DNA of 40,880 nt from an uncultured Thermococci archaeon (GTDB taxonomy: Archaea; Methanobacteriota_B; Thermococci; Thermococcales; Thermococcaceae): positions 1-40,880 of the forward strand of contig CAZAPD010000056.1 of assembly GCA_964487115.1 (NCBI GenBank), given 5' to 3'. This document shows, one piece after another, positions 1 through 13,400 of this stretch. Position numbers and translations under genes: made by a program. The notes below the pieces were generated by a model, which saw only the letters and a program-made list of their open reading frames with translations, had not been told where the DNA came from and did not search any database. Within the stretch, counting starts at the first letter, position 1, and the number at the start of each line of letters is the position of its first letter.

Positions 1-2
1 GT

Positions 3-1346
3 ACCTTCTATTAGGGGTACTAAGGGTGTAATGAGTACGTATATCCTTTCAGAGCTCCAAATACCAGAATAAAATGGAATTGGAATGTGGAACAGTATCT
101 TGTTAAAAACCAAGAATATTATGTACAAAATGGTTACGCTAATAGCCTTTGGACACGGGTTCTCATGTTTCAACACATATAACATCCCGACAATAAAAAA
201 GATTCCCAAGATAATCTGTCCTCCGCTAATGAATGTACTGCGCAGGATATCTCCAACCCACAGTAAATTGTCTTTAAATGCATATTCGGGGACATTAAAC
301 GACGCTGTATAATGCATGATATGAAGGTGCATCGGATATTCAAGGATGTAATATGTCAGAAAGCTTACAGCTGCTTGAGAAAGGAATATCACAATGGCTT
401 TAATCTGAAGCTTTTTCTGCTTTATAAGAAGTATTAAAACCTCAAAGAGAGCATAGGCTTCAAAAGCAAGATACACATAGGGATGAATAAAGAGAACCGC
501 TGAAATCACCAGAATAGTAAGCGCTACGATGTTTTTCTTGGGATTTTTCAGGGACAGGGTGTAAAGTGAGAGAGCCGCCAGAAATATGTAGTAGTCTAAG
601 AATTGGTGAAGTAGGGAATAGTTAAGATAGTAATAGTACAGATAGGAAATAGGTGCCAGAATTGCTGAGAATACAGCAATCTTACTGTTTCTGAACAAGC
701 TCCATGTGGCAGCATAGGTACCCAGTGGAATGAAAATCCATGTAAAGATTTTTACTATCAGCATGGCCCTGGCGATATTTATACCGGTGGCAGTTGCCAA
801 GAAAACGATGATTGAATGATATCCAGCGGGATAAGTGGTTATACCATGAAATCCAAGAGGGGCGGTTTTTATAAAGAGAGTATCCTCCTTTAGGATTTCT
901 AACGCTTTATATGCATGGAAAACCGCATCACGTCCGACAGCTCCGGGATAAGCCGGAACTCTGAAAAAAGGTATCTTGATGATGAATGACAGGAAGATGG
1001 CAGTGAAAATTCCTATGATCGTGACTTTATCCGTATCAATTCCCGGTTCTAAAGTAGTTGAAGAGATAAAAATAGATATACCTACTATTAGAATCGCCAA
1101 TATTGGATATGCAAACGTTAATGAAAGATTTAACCAGCTTAGGATGTGCATTAAAAATATTACAATTCCAAATCCCAGAGCGGGCGAAACTGCAAGTTTG
1201 AAAATAATACCTATATTCCTGTCTCCACTTATGATTAGAAATCCAAGATACCATGGGAGCAGTAGTGTGAGATAGGGTATTGTTTTTGACAGCATGATTA
1301 TACAGAGGGTTATGATAAGATATCGAAACCTTGATATTTCAGCCAT
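3..1346 (-). CDS. Polytopic membrane protein, DUF6541/GT-C glycosyltransferase-like (3' end runs off the window)
   Basis: Manual translation from ATG 1346 (GGAGG upstream) gives MAEISRFRYLIITLCII... with no stop before the window edge. It has many TM segments, an extracytoplasmic loop with RDAVFH and YPAGYH, and a later FIHPY. It is absent from the ORF track because the stop lies outside the window. Confidence 0.8.
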   Translation of the reverse strand, partial: MAEISRFRYLIITLCIIMLSKTIPYLTLLLPWYLGFLIISGDRNIGIIFKLAVSPALGFGIVIFLMHILSWLNLSLTFAYPILAILIVGISIFISSTTLEPGIDTDKVTIIGIFTAIFLSFIIKIPFFRVPAYPGAVGRDAVFHAYKALEILKEDTLFIKTAPLGFHGITTYPAGYHSIIVFLATATGINIARAMLIVKIFTWIFIPLGTYAATWSLFRNSKIAVFSAILAPISYLYYYYLNYSLLHQFLDYYIFLAALSLYTLSLKNPKKNIVALTILVISAVLFIHPYVYLAFEAYALFEVLILLIKQKKLQIKAIVIFLSQAAVSFLTYYILEYPMHLHIMHYTASFNVPEYAFKDNLLWVGDILRSTFISGGQIILGIFFIVGMLYVLKHENPCPKAISVTILYIIFLVFNKILFHIPIPFYSGIWSSERIYVLITPLVPLIEG

Positions 1347-1378
1347 AAGACAACCTCCACAGACTGGAGAATCAAGTT

Positions 1379-1432
1379 GGCTCAGCCTTTAACTTCATCA
1401 TAGTTCAGCGCAATTCGCTCTCTTCATCGCCC
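1379..1432 (-). ncRNA. Archaeal C/D box 2'-O-methylation guide sRNA
   Basis: Minus strand reads GGGC-GATGAAGA(C)-GAGCGAATTGCG-CTGA(D')-ACT-ATGATGA(C')-AGTTAAAGG-CTGA(D)-GCC, with a terminal GGC/GCC stem and TATA-like TTTTAAG at 1457-1463. Confidence 0.85.
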
Positions 1433-1521
1433 GAATCTACCCTCCCTTTGTTGCCTCTTAAAAGTAACTATGCAAAAAAGCTTTAACCTTTGCTGTCTAA
1501 AGCTCTTAGGGGTGATTGGTA

Positions 1522-2085
1522 ATGGGGTTATTTTCTTTTGGTTCTAAAAAGGATAAAGTACGAAAAATGTTAGAGGATAATCAGATAGAGGTTGTAGTGG
1601 ACCAAGCGATGAGGGATAACAAAATTGTTAATGCATTGTTTGAACTTCTAAATGAAAAGAACCCGGGTATAGTTGGAGATTCATTATTGGCTTTAACGGA
1701 TCTCATGGGGAAAAATAAGGATGTGTTAATGCGGAATCTTAAAAAGGAGAACGTTTTAAAATGTTTTAGCCTTATTAAGGCGAGAAATCCATATGTAAAG
1801 GAAAATGCAATGATGTTTTTGGGATTCCTGATGAGAGAAAATCCTGAAATTTTCATGAACTTTAGAAAGGAGGTTATCCAGGGAATTAAAGAGACCATAG
1901 AAACAGGCGATAAAAATGACAAAGCTTTTGCTCTACTGATGATAAGAGAATTTAAGCTATCTGAATTTAAGTCTCAAGTTGAAGAGTTGGTTAATGCGGA
2001 AGATAAAGTTATTTTACCGTTTGAAGGTATGAAATGGGTTCCATTAGGTGATATTGCAAAAGAAACTTTGGAAAAACTGCGATGA
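1522..2085 (+). CDS. ARM/HEAT-like helical protein (PH0542-like)
   Basis: GGGGTGA RBS before ATG 1522; HEAT-like segments (NPGIVGDSLLAL, NPYVKENAMMFL). Confidence 0.65.
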   Translation: MGLFSFGSKKDKVRKMLEDNQIEVVVDQAMRDNKIVNALFELLNEKNPGIVGDSLLALTDLMGKNKDVLMRNLKKENVLKCFSLIKARNPYVKENAMMFLGFLMRENPEIFMNFRKEVIQGIKETIETGDKNDKAFALLMIREFKLSEFKSQVEELVNAEDKVILPFEGMKWVPLGDIAKETLEKLR

Positions 2086-2098
2086 TGAGGGGGTTACC

Positions 2099-2335
2099 AT
2101 GATTAACATCTTGATTTTTTTCATATTGGTGGCTGTGGTTGGATATCTAATAATGAAGTTTGTATGGCGGGTTATTAAGTTTCTTGCAGCAAATACGATA
2201 ATTGGTTTAATCCTTCTTGGAATTCTAAATTTCCTTGGCATAACGCATATTGAGCTTAATCTTTTGAATCTGCTTATAATAGCGGTTGGAGGGATTGTTG
2301 GGGTTTTTATTTTGGTAATACTTTCATGGCTTTAA
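2099..2335 (+). CDS. BofA (pro-sigmaK processing inhibitor) family small membrane protein
   Basis: 78-aa hydrophobic protein with NTIIGLILLGILN and GGIVGV patterns; GAGGGGG RBS. Confidence 0.75.
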   Translation: MINILIFFILVAVVGYLIMKFVWRVIKFLAANTIIGLILLGILNFLGITHIELNLLNLLIIAVGGIVGVFILVILSWL

Positions 2336-2413
2336 CAGCTATCTAAATCTTTTTAAATCCCGTCGATTTCCTTTTTTACAGTGAGCCAAGGGGCGAGTTT
2401 AGGGGTGATGGTC

Positions 2414-3661
2414 ATGTCTCACAAATCAGCTGAAATGTATGAGCTTAAAAAGAAGGTGGAAGAGCTTAAAAAAATTAGAGGGCGAGCTACAGAGCTTGTT
2501 TCTCTTTACATTCCCGCAGGATATGATATAAACAAGGTCATGCAGCAGCTTAGGGAGGAGTATGGCACTGCACAAAACATTAAATCGAAGAGCACGCGAA
2601 AAAACGTCCTTGGAGCCTTGGAGAGAGCGATGCAGCATCTCAAACTCTACCGACAGACCCCACCAACAGGACTTGCTTTATTTGTCGGGAATGTTAGCGA
2701 ACAGGAAGGGGTGAGTGATATTCAGCTAACAGCAATAATACCGCCGGAACCTCTCAGAGTAAGGCTCTATCGATGTGATCAGACGTTTATAACGGAACCC
2801 TTGGAGGAAATGTTGAGGGTAAAGGAAGCTTATGGCCTCATAACCGTAGAAAAGAATGAAGCGAGCATTGGACTCCTTCGAGGGAAGAGGATAGAAGCCA
2901 TTGAGGAGCTAACGTCAAATGTTCCCGGAAAGACAAGGGCTGGAGGTCAGTCTGCAAGAAGATATGAGAGGATCAGAGAGCAGGAGACCCATGAGTTCAT
3001 GAAACGTATTGGAGAGCATGCTAACAAAGCTTTTCTGCCACTTCTTGAGGCCGGAGAGCTTAAAGGTATTATAATTGGTGGTCCTGGACCTACTAAGGAG
3101 GAATTTGTAGAAGGAGATTACCTCCATCACGAGCTCAAGAAAAGAATAATTGGGGTCCTCGATATCAGCTACAGCGGGGAATATGGTCTTAAAGAGCTTG
3201 TGGATAAAGCAAGCGATATACTCAGAGAGCATGAGGCAATAAAGGAAAGAAAGCTAATTCAGGACTTTTTCAGACATCTTGTCAAGGATACAGGTATGAT
3301 AACTTATGGTGAGCGTGAAGTTAGAAAAGCTCTTGAACTTGGAGCTGTTGACACACTGCTTCTTAGTGAGGGGTATGATAGGATTAGGGTTAGAGCTAAA
3401 TGCAACAATTGTGGATGGGAAGAACTAAAAACAATGAACGAGCAGGAATTCCATATATACAGAAAGAAACTTAAGTTATGTCCCAAATGTGGCAGTCAGA
3501 ATCTGACATTCGAAAAGTGGGATGTTGCAGAAGAATTCATAAAGATGGCAGAGGAAAGTGGAGCCAACGTTGAAATTATATCCTTAGACACGGAAGATGG
3601 TCAGCAGTTCTATCGGGCATTTGGTGGACTCGGAGCTTTCTTGAGATACAAGATTCACTGA
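2414..3661 (+). CDS. prf1: Peptide chain release factor aRF1
   Basis: NIKS, YRCDQTF and GGQ motifs; CNNC/CPKC mini-domain; GGGGTGA RBS before ATG 2414. Confidence 0.98.
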   Translation: MSHKSAEMYELKKKVEELKKIRGRATELVSLYIPAGYDINKVMQQLREEYGTAQNIKSKSTRKNVLGALERAMQHLKLYRQTPPTGLALFVGNVSEQEGVSDIQLTAIIPPEPLRVRLYRCDQTFITEPLEEMLRVKEAYGLITVEKNEASIGLLRGKRIEAIEELTSNVPGKTRAGGQSARRYERIREQETHEFMKRIGEHANKAFLPLLEAGELKGIIIGGPGPTKEEFVEGDYLHHELKKRIIGVLDISYSGEYGLKELVDKASDILREHEAIKERKLIQDFFRHLVKDTGMITYGEREVRKALELGAVDTLLLSEGYDRIRVRAKCNNCGWEELKTMNEQEFHIYRKKLKLCPKCGSQNLTFEKWDVAEEFIKMAEESGANVEIISLDTEDGQQFYRAFGGLGAFLRYKIH

Positions 3662-4536
3662 AGAACTTCTTTTAGTAGCTTCTCTATTTCTTCTTCGACT
3701 TCTTTTCCGTCCATTATATATGGGGGCCTGAGAATGGGCTTTACTGAGAAGCCTCGGATGTTCATCGCAAGCTTTATTGCCGAGCCAAATGAGGATGCAA
3801 TGTTGTAGACTCTTGAAAGTTCAGTCAGTTTCTGGCAGTATATCTGAGCTTTTTCAAAATCCTTCTCCTCAAAAGCTCTGAAAAGTGCGAGGTGTATTTC
3901 AGGTGCAAAGTTTGCACATGCCATTATTCCGCCATCTCCACCGAGTATGAGTGTATTCAGGAAGTGCTGATCAAGACCTGTGAAGACCCTGAAGTCTGAT
4001 CTTTCACCTTTGACATTGAGGATAACATCCCTAACGTGGTTTATGCTGTCTACCGTCTCTTTTACACCGGCGATGTTTGAATACTCAACTGCAAGGTGTT
4101 TTATCAAGGAAATTCCCATTGGGTTGGCACAGCTCGGAATGTTGTATAGGATTATGGGAATCTCAGTTTTCTCCGCTATCATAGAGTAGTGCCTGAACAG
4201 AGCATCATCGCTCAGTGGACAGTAATAGGGTGGGGCTATAACAACATAATCGGCGCCAATGTCTTGAGCGTGTCTTGTTAATTCGATAGCCTCAAATGTG
4301 TTGGTTGATGCAGTTCCAACAAGGTAAAAAGCCGAAGTAACAAGCTCTCTACCCTTTTCCGCCAACAATATACGCTCATCGTTTGTTAAACTTGTAAATT
4401 CACCTGTTGTGGCATTTATAAAGATTCCGTGAACCCCCGTCTTTTGGAGATATTCCAAATGTTCTTCAAAGGCTGCAAAATCAATAGAGTAATCCTCATT
4501 GAACGGAGTAACCAATGGTACTATAACCCCACGCAT
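3655..4536 (-). CDS. Dihydrodipicolinate synthase (DapA/NAL) family class I aldolase
   Basis: VPLVTPF, ATTGEF, LYNIP and GVKET (Schiff-base Lys) motifs. Confidence 0.92.
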   Translation of the reverse strand: MRGVIVPLVTPFNEDYSIDFAAFEEHLEYLQKTGVHGIFINATTGEFTSLTNDERILLAEKGRELVTSAFYLVGTASTNTFEAIELTRHAQDIGADYVVIAPPYYCPLSDDALFRHYSMIAEKTEIPIILYNIPSCANPMGISLIKHLAVEYSNIAGVKETVDSINHVRDVILNVKGERSDFRVFTGLDQHFLNTLILGGDGGIMACANFAPEIHLALFRAFEEKDFEKAQIYCQKLTELSRVYNIASSFGSAIKLAMNIRGFSVKPILRPPYIMDGKEVEEEIEKLLKEVLQ

Positions 4537-4580
4537 AGAATCACCGAATAAATTAAAGGGGAGGGTATTTTAGGTTTTTC

Positions 4581-7416
<2,836 letters not shown>

Positions 7417-8774
7417 TTTTTCCCCTTCGACTTCAAATGCCCCACTCTCATCGTAGGCTTCAATCTCCCTTAGGATGACATCTATTGGATTTTCCATACT
7501 GGAGATTATTGTCCTTATATGGTTCCTGTAGATGCCATTTCTTTCCATCATCTCAATAGCATGTTTCATGACTTCATGGGGGTTATTGGAGTGGAATTTT
7601 ATTCCGAGCTCAACGAGCCAGCGGGTAACTGCCAACAGTTTTCCGGGATATGTTGAGATTGTTGGAGTTCCAAGGGCTATGGCTTCTCGGTTCATGGTTC
7701 CACCCGCTCCTATCATAAGCTTTGCATAATAGAGGAGGCTCAGACTGTCTATAGCATGCTCTGGCATAATCACATTTTCAAAGTGTTTAAATCTTTTTCG
7801 CTGTCCTTCTGTTCTCGGGAAGAGAACTATTGGCATATCTGGCAGGAGCGGGATTATGTCTTCTAGGACACTCCTCTCGGAATCTGTGTTGAAATAGTTG
7901 GCTTTGATGGGTTCGGTTCGCATTACAATATAATTATACTTTCTGAGTCCAAGCTCTCTCAGAACTTTTTTGTCCGGGATGAAGCCATAAAGGTGGGCTA
8001 ATTCCGCAAATCCATTTATCGGCCTCATGCCATTGGCGTCTGCACCACTTCTCAGGAGATCGTAGGCATCGATGGCCTTGGGGTATATGAGCAGGCTTGT
8101 GTAAGGTAAAATCAGCTTGTTCTGTCCTATGGCAGTTTCATTATCAACGAAACCTATTGAGGGTATCTGTAGACCGAATGCTACTCTTGGAGCCTCGGCT
8201 GAGTGTTTGTATATTGCCAAGTCAGGTTTCTCTTCGATTATGAGTTTGGCAAGCTTGTACTGCCTCTCGGCACTTGCCATGAGCTTGCCTTCTAAAGTTG
8301 CTCCCCCATGTCTTCCAATAGTATAGTAGTCCATTCCCAGCATGTCCATTATCTCAGTCAAACCGTCAAACTCCCTCGCGGTGATTAAAATTTCATGACC
8401 GTTTTTCTCAAGCTCCCTGATTAAACCCTTAAAGAAGTGAGCATGGGGTGAATTTGTAATATCTATCCATATCTTCATTCTTACACACCATTATACTGAA
8501 CACTTTTGGACAATAAAAGGCTTTCCTTAAAACGATTGTGGGGCTGTATTTTTCATCTTTTACTTCTATTGCATTTAATGTTTAAACGTTTATCATGCTT
8601 TCAGTTGATGAGCTATCTGTCAGAGAGTCAGTTTATATGGGAGCACGGCCTCTTAACATAAACAGAGGAGATCCGTTGAGAGATGGTTAGAAAAGGTTAT
8701 TATACCTGTTCTGAAATGGTTTCCCGGAAACTCTTAAATTTGAGTTTTACGCTTTACTGGTTGGTGGGGGATAT

Positions 8775-10061
8775 ATGAGAGAGAGGATAGAAAACAGAGA
8801 AGCAGAGATTGTGGTAATTGGACTGGGATATATTGGCCTTCCTACTGCCATAATGTTTGCCAACGCAGGATTCAAGGTTGTGGGTTATGAAATAAGGCAG
8901 GAAGTTGTTAAAAAAATAAATAACGGGAACTCTCATATCATTGAACCCGAGATTGACCATCTCCTCAGGGATGTTGTGGAGAAAGAAATGCTGAAGGCAA
9001 CATCAAATCCGGGAGAGATTAAAGGGAAGGATATCTACATAATATGTGTCCAGACGCCTCTTAGAGAGGATAAAACCCCAAATTTGCGATATCTTGAGGA
9101 TGCCGTTAGGACTGTAGCGGAGGTTATGAAAAAAGGTTCCCTCATTGTTATTGAAAGTACTGTTCCTCCTATGACAACCCTAAAAATGGCTGAACTCATT
9201 GAGAAACTGAGCGGTTTCAAAGCAGGAAAGGACTTCTACATGGTTCATGCTCCAGAGAGAGTTATGCCCGGCAGGATTTTCAAGGAGCTTGTTTATAACT
9301 CAAGAATTTTTGGTGGTATAAATAGAGAAAGTGCTGATTTAGCTGAGTGTCTCTACCGTTCTTTTGTTAAAGGGCAGATATTTAAAACAAACTCAACCAC
9401 AAGTGAGATGGTTAAACTGATGGAGAATACATTTAGGGATGTGAATATCGCTCTTGCTAATGAATTCGCTTTTCTGGCCCATCAATATGGAGTCGATATA
9501 TTCAAGGCAATTGAACTTGCAAACACCCACCCCAGAGTCAAGATTCACATTCCCGGAATTGGTGTTGGTGGTCATTGTCTGCCGAAGGATCCCTATCTCC
9601 TCCTAAGTTCGGCCAAGGAGGACTTTGGTCTCATACAGAAAGCCAGGGAAATCAACGAAGACATGCCGTTGATGGTCAAAGATTTGCTCTTTGATGCTTT
9701 TAAGACGATAAACCTCTCCCCAGAGGAAGCTGTTGTCGTGGTTCTTGGTTTAGCTTACAAAGGAAATTCCGATGATACGAGAAATTCTCCTGCCTATACA
9801 TTTATTGATGTTGTCAGGGATGATGTGAAAGAGGTCAGGAGCTACGATCCCTATGTAGGGGGCACCCACGGAAGTGTTGAGGAAGCTCTCATGGATGCCG
9901 ATGCAGTGGTTATCGCAACTGATCACACTGAGTTCAAAACCTTTAACTGGGAGAAGCTTGGAAATCTTATGAGAAACAGGATTATCATTGATGGAAGACA
10001 TATGATTGAGAATCCTCCGAGAGGATTTATATTCAAGGGAATAGGGAGGGGCGAGTATTGA
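8775..10061 (+). CDS. wecC: UDP-N-acetyl-D-mannosamine dehydrogenase
   Basis: GLGYIG Rossmann motif, PERVMPG, KLMENTFRDVNIA and catalytic GGHCLPKD. Confidence 0.93.
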   Translation: MRERIENREAEIVVIGLGYIGLPTAIMFANAGFKVVGYEIRQEVVKKINNGNSHIIEPEIDHLLRDVVEKEMLKATSNPGEIKGKDIYIICVQTPLREDKTPNLRYLEDAVRTVAEVMKKGSLIVIESTVPPMTTLKMAELIEKLSGFKAGKDFYMVHAPERVMPGRIFKELVYNSRIFGGINRESADLAECLYRSFVKGQIFKTNSTTSEMVKLMENTFRDVNIALANEFAFLAHQYGVDIFKAIELANTHPRVKIHIPGIGVGGHCLPKDPYLLLSSAKEDFGLIQKAREINEDMPLMVKDLLFDAFKTINLSPEEAVVVVLGLAYKGNSDDTRNSPAYTFIDVVRDDVKEVRSYDPYVGGTHGSVEEALMDADAVVIATDHTEFKTFNWEKLGNLMRNRIIIDGRHMIENPPRGFIFKGIGRGEY

Positions 10062-11191
10062 AACCTGCATTTGTTTTCGGAACGAGGCCCGAGATAATAA
10101 AGCTTGTTCCTGTAATCAGAGCATTTGAGGAAAGGGGAATAAAATCTCTTCTTATCCATACAGGTCAGCACTATGATTATGAAATGAGTAAAATTTTCCT
10201 TGAGGAGCTTGAGCTTGACAGCATTGATTATCACCTCGAGGTCGGCTCAGGAACTCAGGCGGAGCAGACTGGAATGGCCATGATAAAAATTGAAAAGGTT
10301 CTTATGGAGGAAAAACCAGATGTTGTTCTCGTACAGGGTGACACCAACACCGTTTTAGCCGGGGCCTTGGCAAGCGTCAAGCTGAAGATACCGGTCGCCC
10401 ATGTTGAAGCCGGACTGAGGAGCTTCGACAGAACAATGCCTGAGGAGATAAACAGGATCTTAGCTGACCACGCCAGCGAGGTTCTCTTCGCGCCAACGGA
10501 GGAAGCAAAGAAGAATCTTGAAAGGGAGGGCATGACTGAGGGAGTTTATGTCGTTGGCAACACAGTGGTTGATGCCGTCCTTCAGAACGCTGAGCTGGCA
10601 GATAGGAAAAGCGACGTCCTCGAAAGATTTGGCCTCAGACCAAAGGAATATGTGCTCATAACTGCACACAGGGCCGAGAACACCGACAGCGGGGAGAACT
10701 TAGCAAGGCTCGTAGAGCTTCTTGAGAACCTTCCGATTATGGCCATCTACCCCATGCACCCACGCACGAGGAACAGGCTGAGGGAGTTCGGCCTGTGGGA
10801 GAGGGTAAGCTCGATAGGGAACCTGATCATAACCAAACCCCTCGGCTACCTTGACTTCCTCAGACTGGAGAAGAACGCCTTTGCGATAATGACAGATTCA
10901 GGGGGAATACAGGAGGAGAGCATAATCCTCAACGTGCCCTGTTTAACCCTCCGCTACAACACGGAAAGGCCGGAAACGATTGAGGCCGGCGGCAACGTCC
11001 TTGTTGGTCTCGAAAAGGAGAGAGCGATAGGCTATTTGAAGAGGCTAATGAGTGACAAGGAATTCTACGAGAGGATGGCAAGCGCGCCGAACCCATTCGG
11101 CGATGGAAAAACAGGGGAAAGGATAGCGAAAATCCTGCTGGAGCTTTACAAAGAGGGAAAACTAAAGGTGAAGAGCTCAAGATTCATTTGA
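10058..11191 (+). CDS. wecB: UDP-N-acetylglucosamine 2-epimerase (non-hydrolysing)
   Basis: GTRPEIIK, HTGQH, QGDT, HVEAGLRS and DSGGIQEE; TTG start overlaps the wecC stop. Confidence 0.95.
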   Translation: MKPAFVFGTRPEIIKLVPVIRAFEERGIKSLLIHTGQHYDYEMSKIFLEELELDSIDYHLEVGSGTQAEQTGMAMIKIEKVLMEEKPDVVLVQGDTNTVLAGALASVKLKIPVAHVEAGLRSFDRTMPEEINRILADHASEVLFAPTEEAKKNLEREGMTEGVYVVGNTVVDAVLQNAELADRKSDVLERFGLRPKEYVLITAHRAENTDSGENLARLVELLENLPIMAIYPMHPRTRNRLREFGLWERVSSIGNLIITKPLGYLDFLRLEKNAFAIMTDSGGIQEESIILNVPCLTLRYNTERPETIEAGGNVLVGLEKERAIGYLKRLMSDKEFYERMASAPNPFGDGKTGERIAKILLELYKEGKLKVKSSRFI

Positions 11192-11854
11192 TTCATCGCT
11201 TCTGAGGAACTGGCTCAGCTGGGAGGCTATCTCCCTCGCGACCATCTCATAGGGGTTGCCCTCCTTGAGCCTTCCGACCTTTGCCTTTAGGTTCCACCAG
11301 TAGGCAACTCCACAGCTTAGGTTTGGAATGTAGTTTTCTGTGAGCCTCTGGGAGCTCATCAGGCAGAGCCTATCGGCGTACTCTGAAATGCTTTTCTCCG
11401 ATGAGGGAAAGCCCCTGCTCATGAGCTCAGTTGCCGATCTGGCGTCCCCAGCGTAGGAGTAGTAGAGTACCCCTGAGAGGGAAACCTCTCTGTAGAGAAT
11501 CCTGTTCTCGCTCCCCGCAAGGGGAAAGTATGCTATAACAAGTCTTCCTTTAAGGTCGTATTTCATGACGTTGTCCACGACGATGGGTGTGAGACCCTTC
11601 TCCCTAACGACCTCCACGAGGGCCCTTTTGATGTAATCCCTGTATGGTTCTGGGGTCCAGACGGCTATGTAAACCACGTTCGGATTGGCCGGGGCCTTCG
11701 TCCAGTTAACACTGTGGTCAACTATGAGCCCGTTGCCCCTCTGGGATGCCCCAGAGTATTCGGAGATAACATAGGAATCGTCGGCTATGGCAATCCCTAC
11801 GAAGGAGAGCACCACTAGTGTGGCAACCCCCAAGACTAACAGACCGCGTTTCAT
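11177..11854 (-). CDS. Hypothetical secreted or membrane-anchored protein
   Basis: Signal-peptide-like N-terminus MKRGLLVLGVATLVVLSFVGIAIA; GGAGTGA RBS. Confidence 0.75.
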   Translation of the reverse strand: MKRGLLVLGVATLVVLSFVGIAIADDSYVISEYSGASQRGNGLIVDHSVNWTKAPANPNVVYIAVWTPEPYRDYIKRALVEVVREKGLTPIVVDNVMKYDLKGRLVIAYFPLAGSENRILYREVSLSGVLYYSYAGDARSATELMSRGFPSSEKSISEYADRLCLMSSQRLTENYIPNLSCGVAYWWNLKAKVGRLKEGNPYEMVAREIASQLSQFLRSDESNES

Positions 11855-11903
11855 TCACTCCACCCAAAAATCGTTGGAATGATTACTTTAAAAAGTTATC
11901 CAG

Positions 11904-13163
11904 TTAAACCTCAGTCCCAATGTAAATCCCGTGTCTTGTTCTCACTATTCTAACCCTTATCCTGTCCCCGACCCGGGCTTTCGTGCCTACCACCTCAATG
12001 AGCCTGTTCCTCGCTTTGGCCAGCATCTCTCCCTGAATTCGACCCGGAAGGATAATTTCTGCCTTGACAACCTCGCCGGGCCTGAAGGCGAGCGGAATGA
12101 ATTCCCGCTTTTCCATTCCAAAGTGTTTAGGTTTTAAGACGAGAGGCTTCATCCCTGTCTTCTCTTCAAGCCTTCTAAGCCAAGCGTAAAACTCTTTAAA
12201 CGGCACGAGCTTAGCTATGGTTGGGTTTCTCCCAAATTTGTATGGGATGTAATTTTGAAAGCCAAGAGCTGGCCAGCGCTTACCGGCGCCAATCTTCTTG
12301 GCAAACTCAATGAAAGCCTCGGCTTCGTCATCGTTTACTCCAAAGATTATGACGGGAGCAAGGAGAACGTCTATTCCAGCGTTAATCAAAGCTTCAGCCA
12401 TATCCAGAACATGCCCAAGGTCATAGTTTTTCATTCCCATTAACATCTTTGCCTTGTCTGGATTAAGGGAGTGTATAGAGAGGTTGACTCTGTCGAGACC
12501 TGCCTCGGCCAGTTCTTCAATGAGCTTGTCATTGAGAAGGGTTCCATTGCTCTGCATTGAGATTACTGAGACATTTGGGTGCTCATGAAGTGTCTGCACA
12601 AGTTCCACCGTGAATGGATACAGCAACGGCTCCCCTTGCCCATCGAGATGGGCCTCCAGACCCTTTCCCTTTATTTCAGCTATATCATTGAACCACCTCA
12701 TCAAATAATCAACATCTACAACAAAATCCAGCATTCTTGTTCTTGAATACGGCCCTTCATCTACAGAGCAAAAGATACAGCTCAGATTACAGCCACTCGT
12801 CCCTCTGACTTGAATGAGGTTTGTCCCCCTATCTATTAGCCCAAAAGCGTTATAACCGAGAAGCGGAACATTCATGCTCTCGTGGATATATATAACCCTC
12901 CTTTTTGTATAGATATTCCTCAGAAGAGCACCAAGGTTGTTCTGGATGAAAATTGTGATATACTTCTCTATGTCTCTAAGCTCTGTACTGACAATCAACA
13001 TACCGTTTTTGGCTGTTATCTCGGGAGAAATGTGATATTTTCGTTTTATCACCTTGATAAAGTCTTTTTTCTTAAAATCAGCATAAAGTGTTTCTCTCCA
13101 CACAACCCGGATTTTCTCACCTAAGTCATAAAAATCCACATGTGGAATTTTTACCTCAATCAT
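11904..13163 (-). CDS. Radical SAM protein with C-terminal TRAM-like domain (COG2100-like)
   Basis: CNLSCIFC, DGQGEP, and C-terminal VGDRIRVRIVRTRHGIYIG. Confidence 0.9.
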   Translation of the reverse strand: MIEVKIPHVDFYDLGEKIRVVWRETLYADFKKKDFIKVIKRKYHISPEITAKNGMLIVSTELRDIEKYITIFIQNNLGALLRNIYTKRRVIYIHESMNVPLLGYNAFGLIDRGTNLIQVRGTSGCNLSCIFCSVDEGPYSRTRMLDFVVDVDYLMRWFNDIAEIKGKGLEAHLDGQGEPLLYPFTVELVQTLHEHPNVSVISMQSNGTLLNDKLIEELAEAGLDRVNLSIHSLNPDKAKMLMGMKNYDLGHVLDMAEALINAGIDVLLAPVIIFGVNDDEAEAFIEFAKKIGAGKRWPALGFQNYIPYKFGRNPTIAKLVPFKEFYAWLRRLEEKTGMKPLVLKPKHFGMEKREFIPLAFRPGEVVKAEIILPGRIQGEMLAKARNRLIEVVGTKARVGDRIRVRIVRTRHGIYIGTEV

Positions 13164-13235
13164 GGTGGTTGCTTCTCATGAGGTTTTAAAAGAATTCGGC
13201 AAGATTTATAAATTGGGGTTCATGCATAATACTTT

Positions 13236-13306
13236 GGCTTTGCTGCTTGGAGGGAGTTTTGGGAGTGCCCTAAAAGAGAACAAGCCATGCAACTGCTTGG
13301 CCACCA
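13236..13306 (+). ncRNA. Candidate structured small RNA or 5' leader
   Basis: TTTATAAA at 13205-13212 places a start near G13236. Nested pairings: GGC/GCC, TTGC/GCAA, GCTTG/CAAGC, TTTTGGG/CCTAAAA. Confidence 0.45.
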
Positions 13307-13400
13307 TAATTATCTAACAGCATTCATGACTACATGGAAACATTTTAATATCAGTGAATGCAATAGTCTAGTGCTGGACTAATGTGTATAGGGTGATACT

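Noticed and set aside
2081..2115. GATGATGA resembling a C box
   Set aside because: Explained by tandem stop codons plus the RBS; no properly spaced CTGA D'/D boxes.
8600..8680. TTGATGA plus a small CCTCT/AGAGG hairpin upstream of wecC
   Set aside because: No complete C/D box set, and the hairpin is too short to distinguish from chance.
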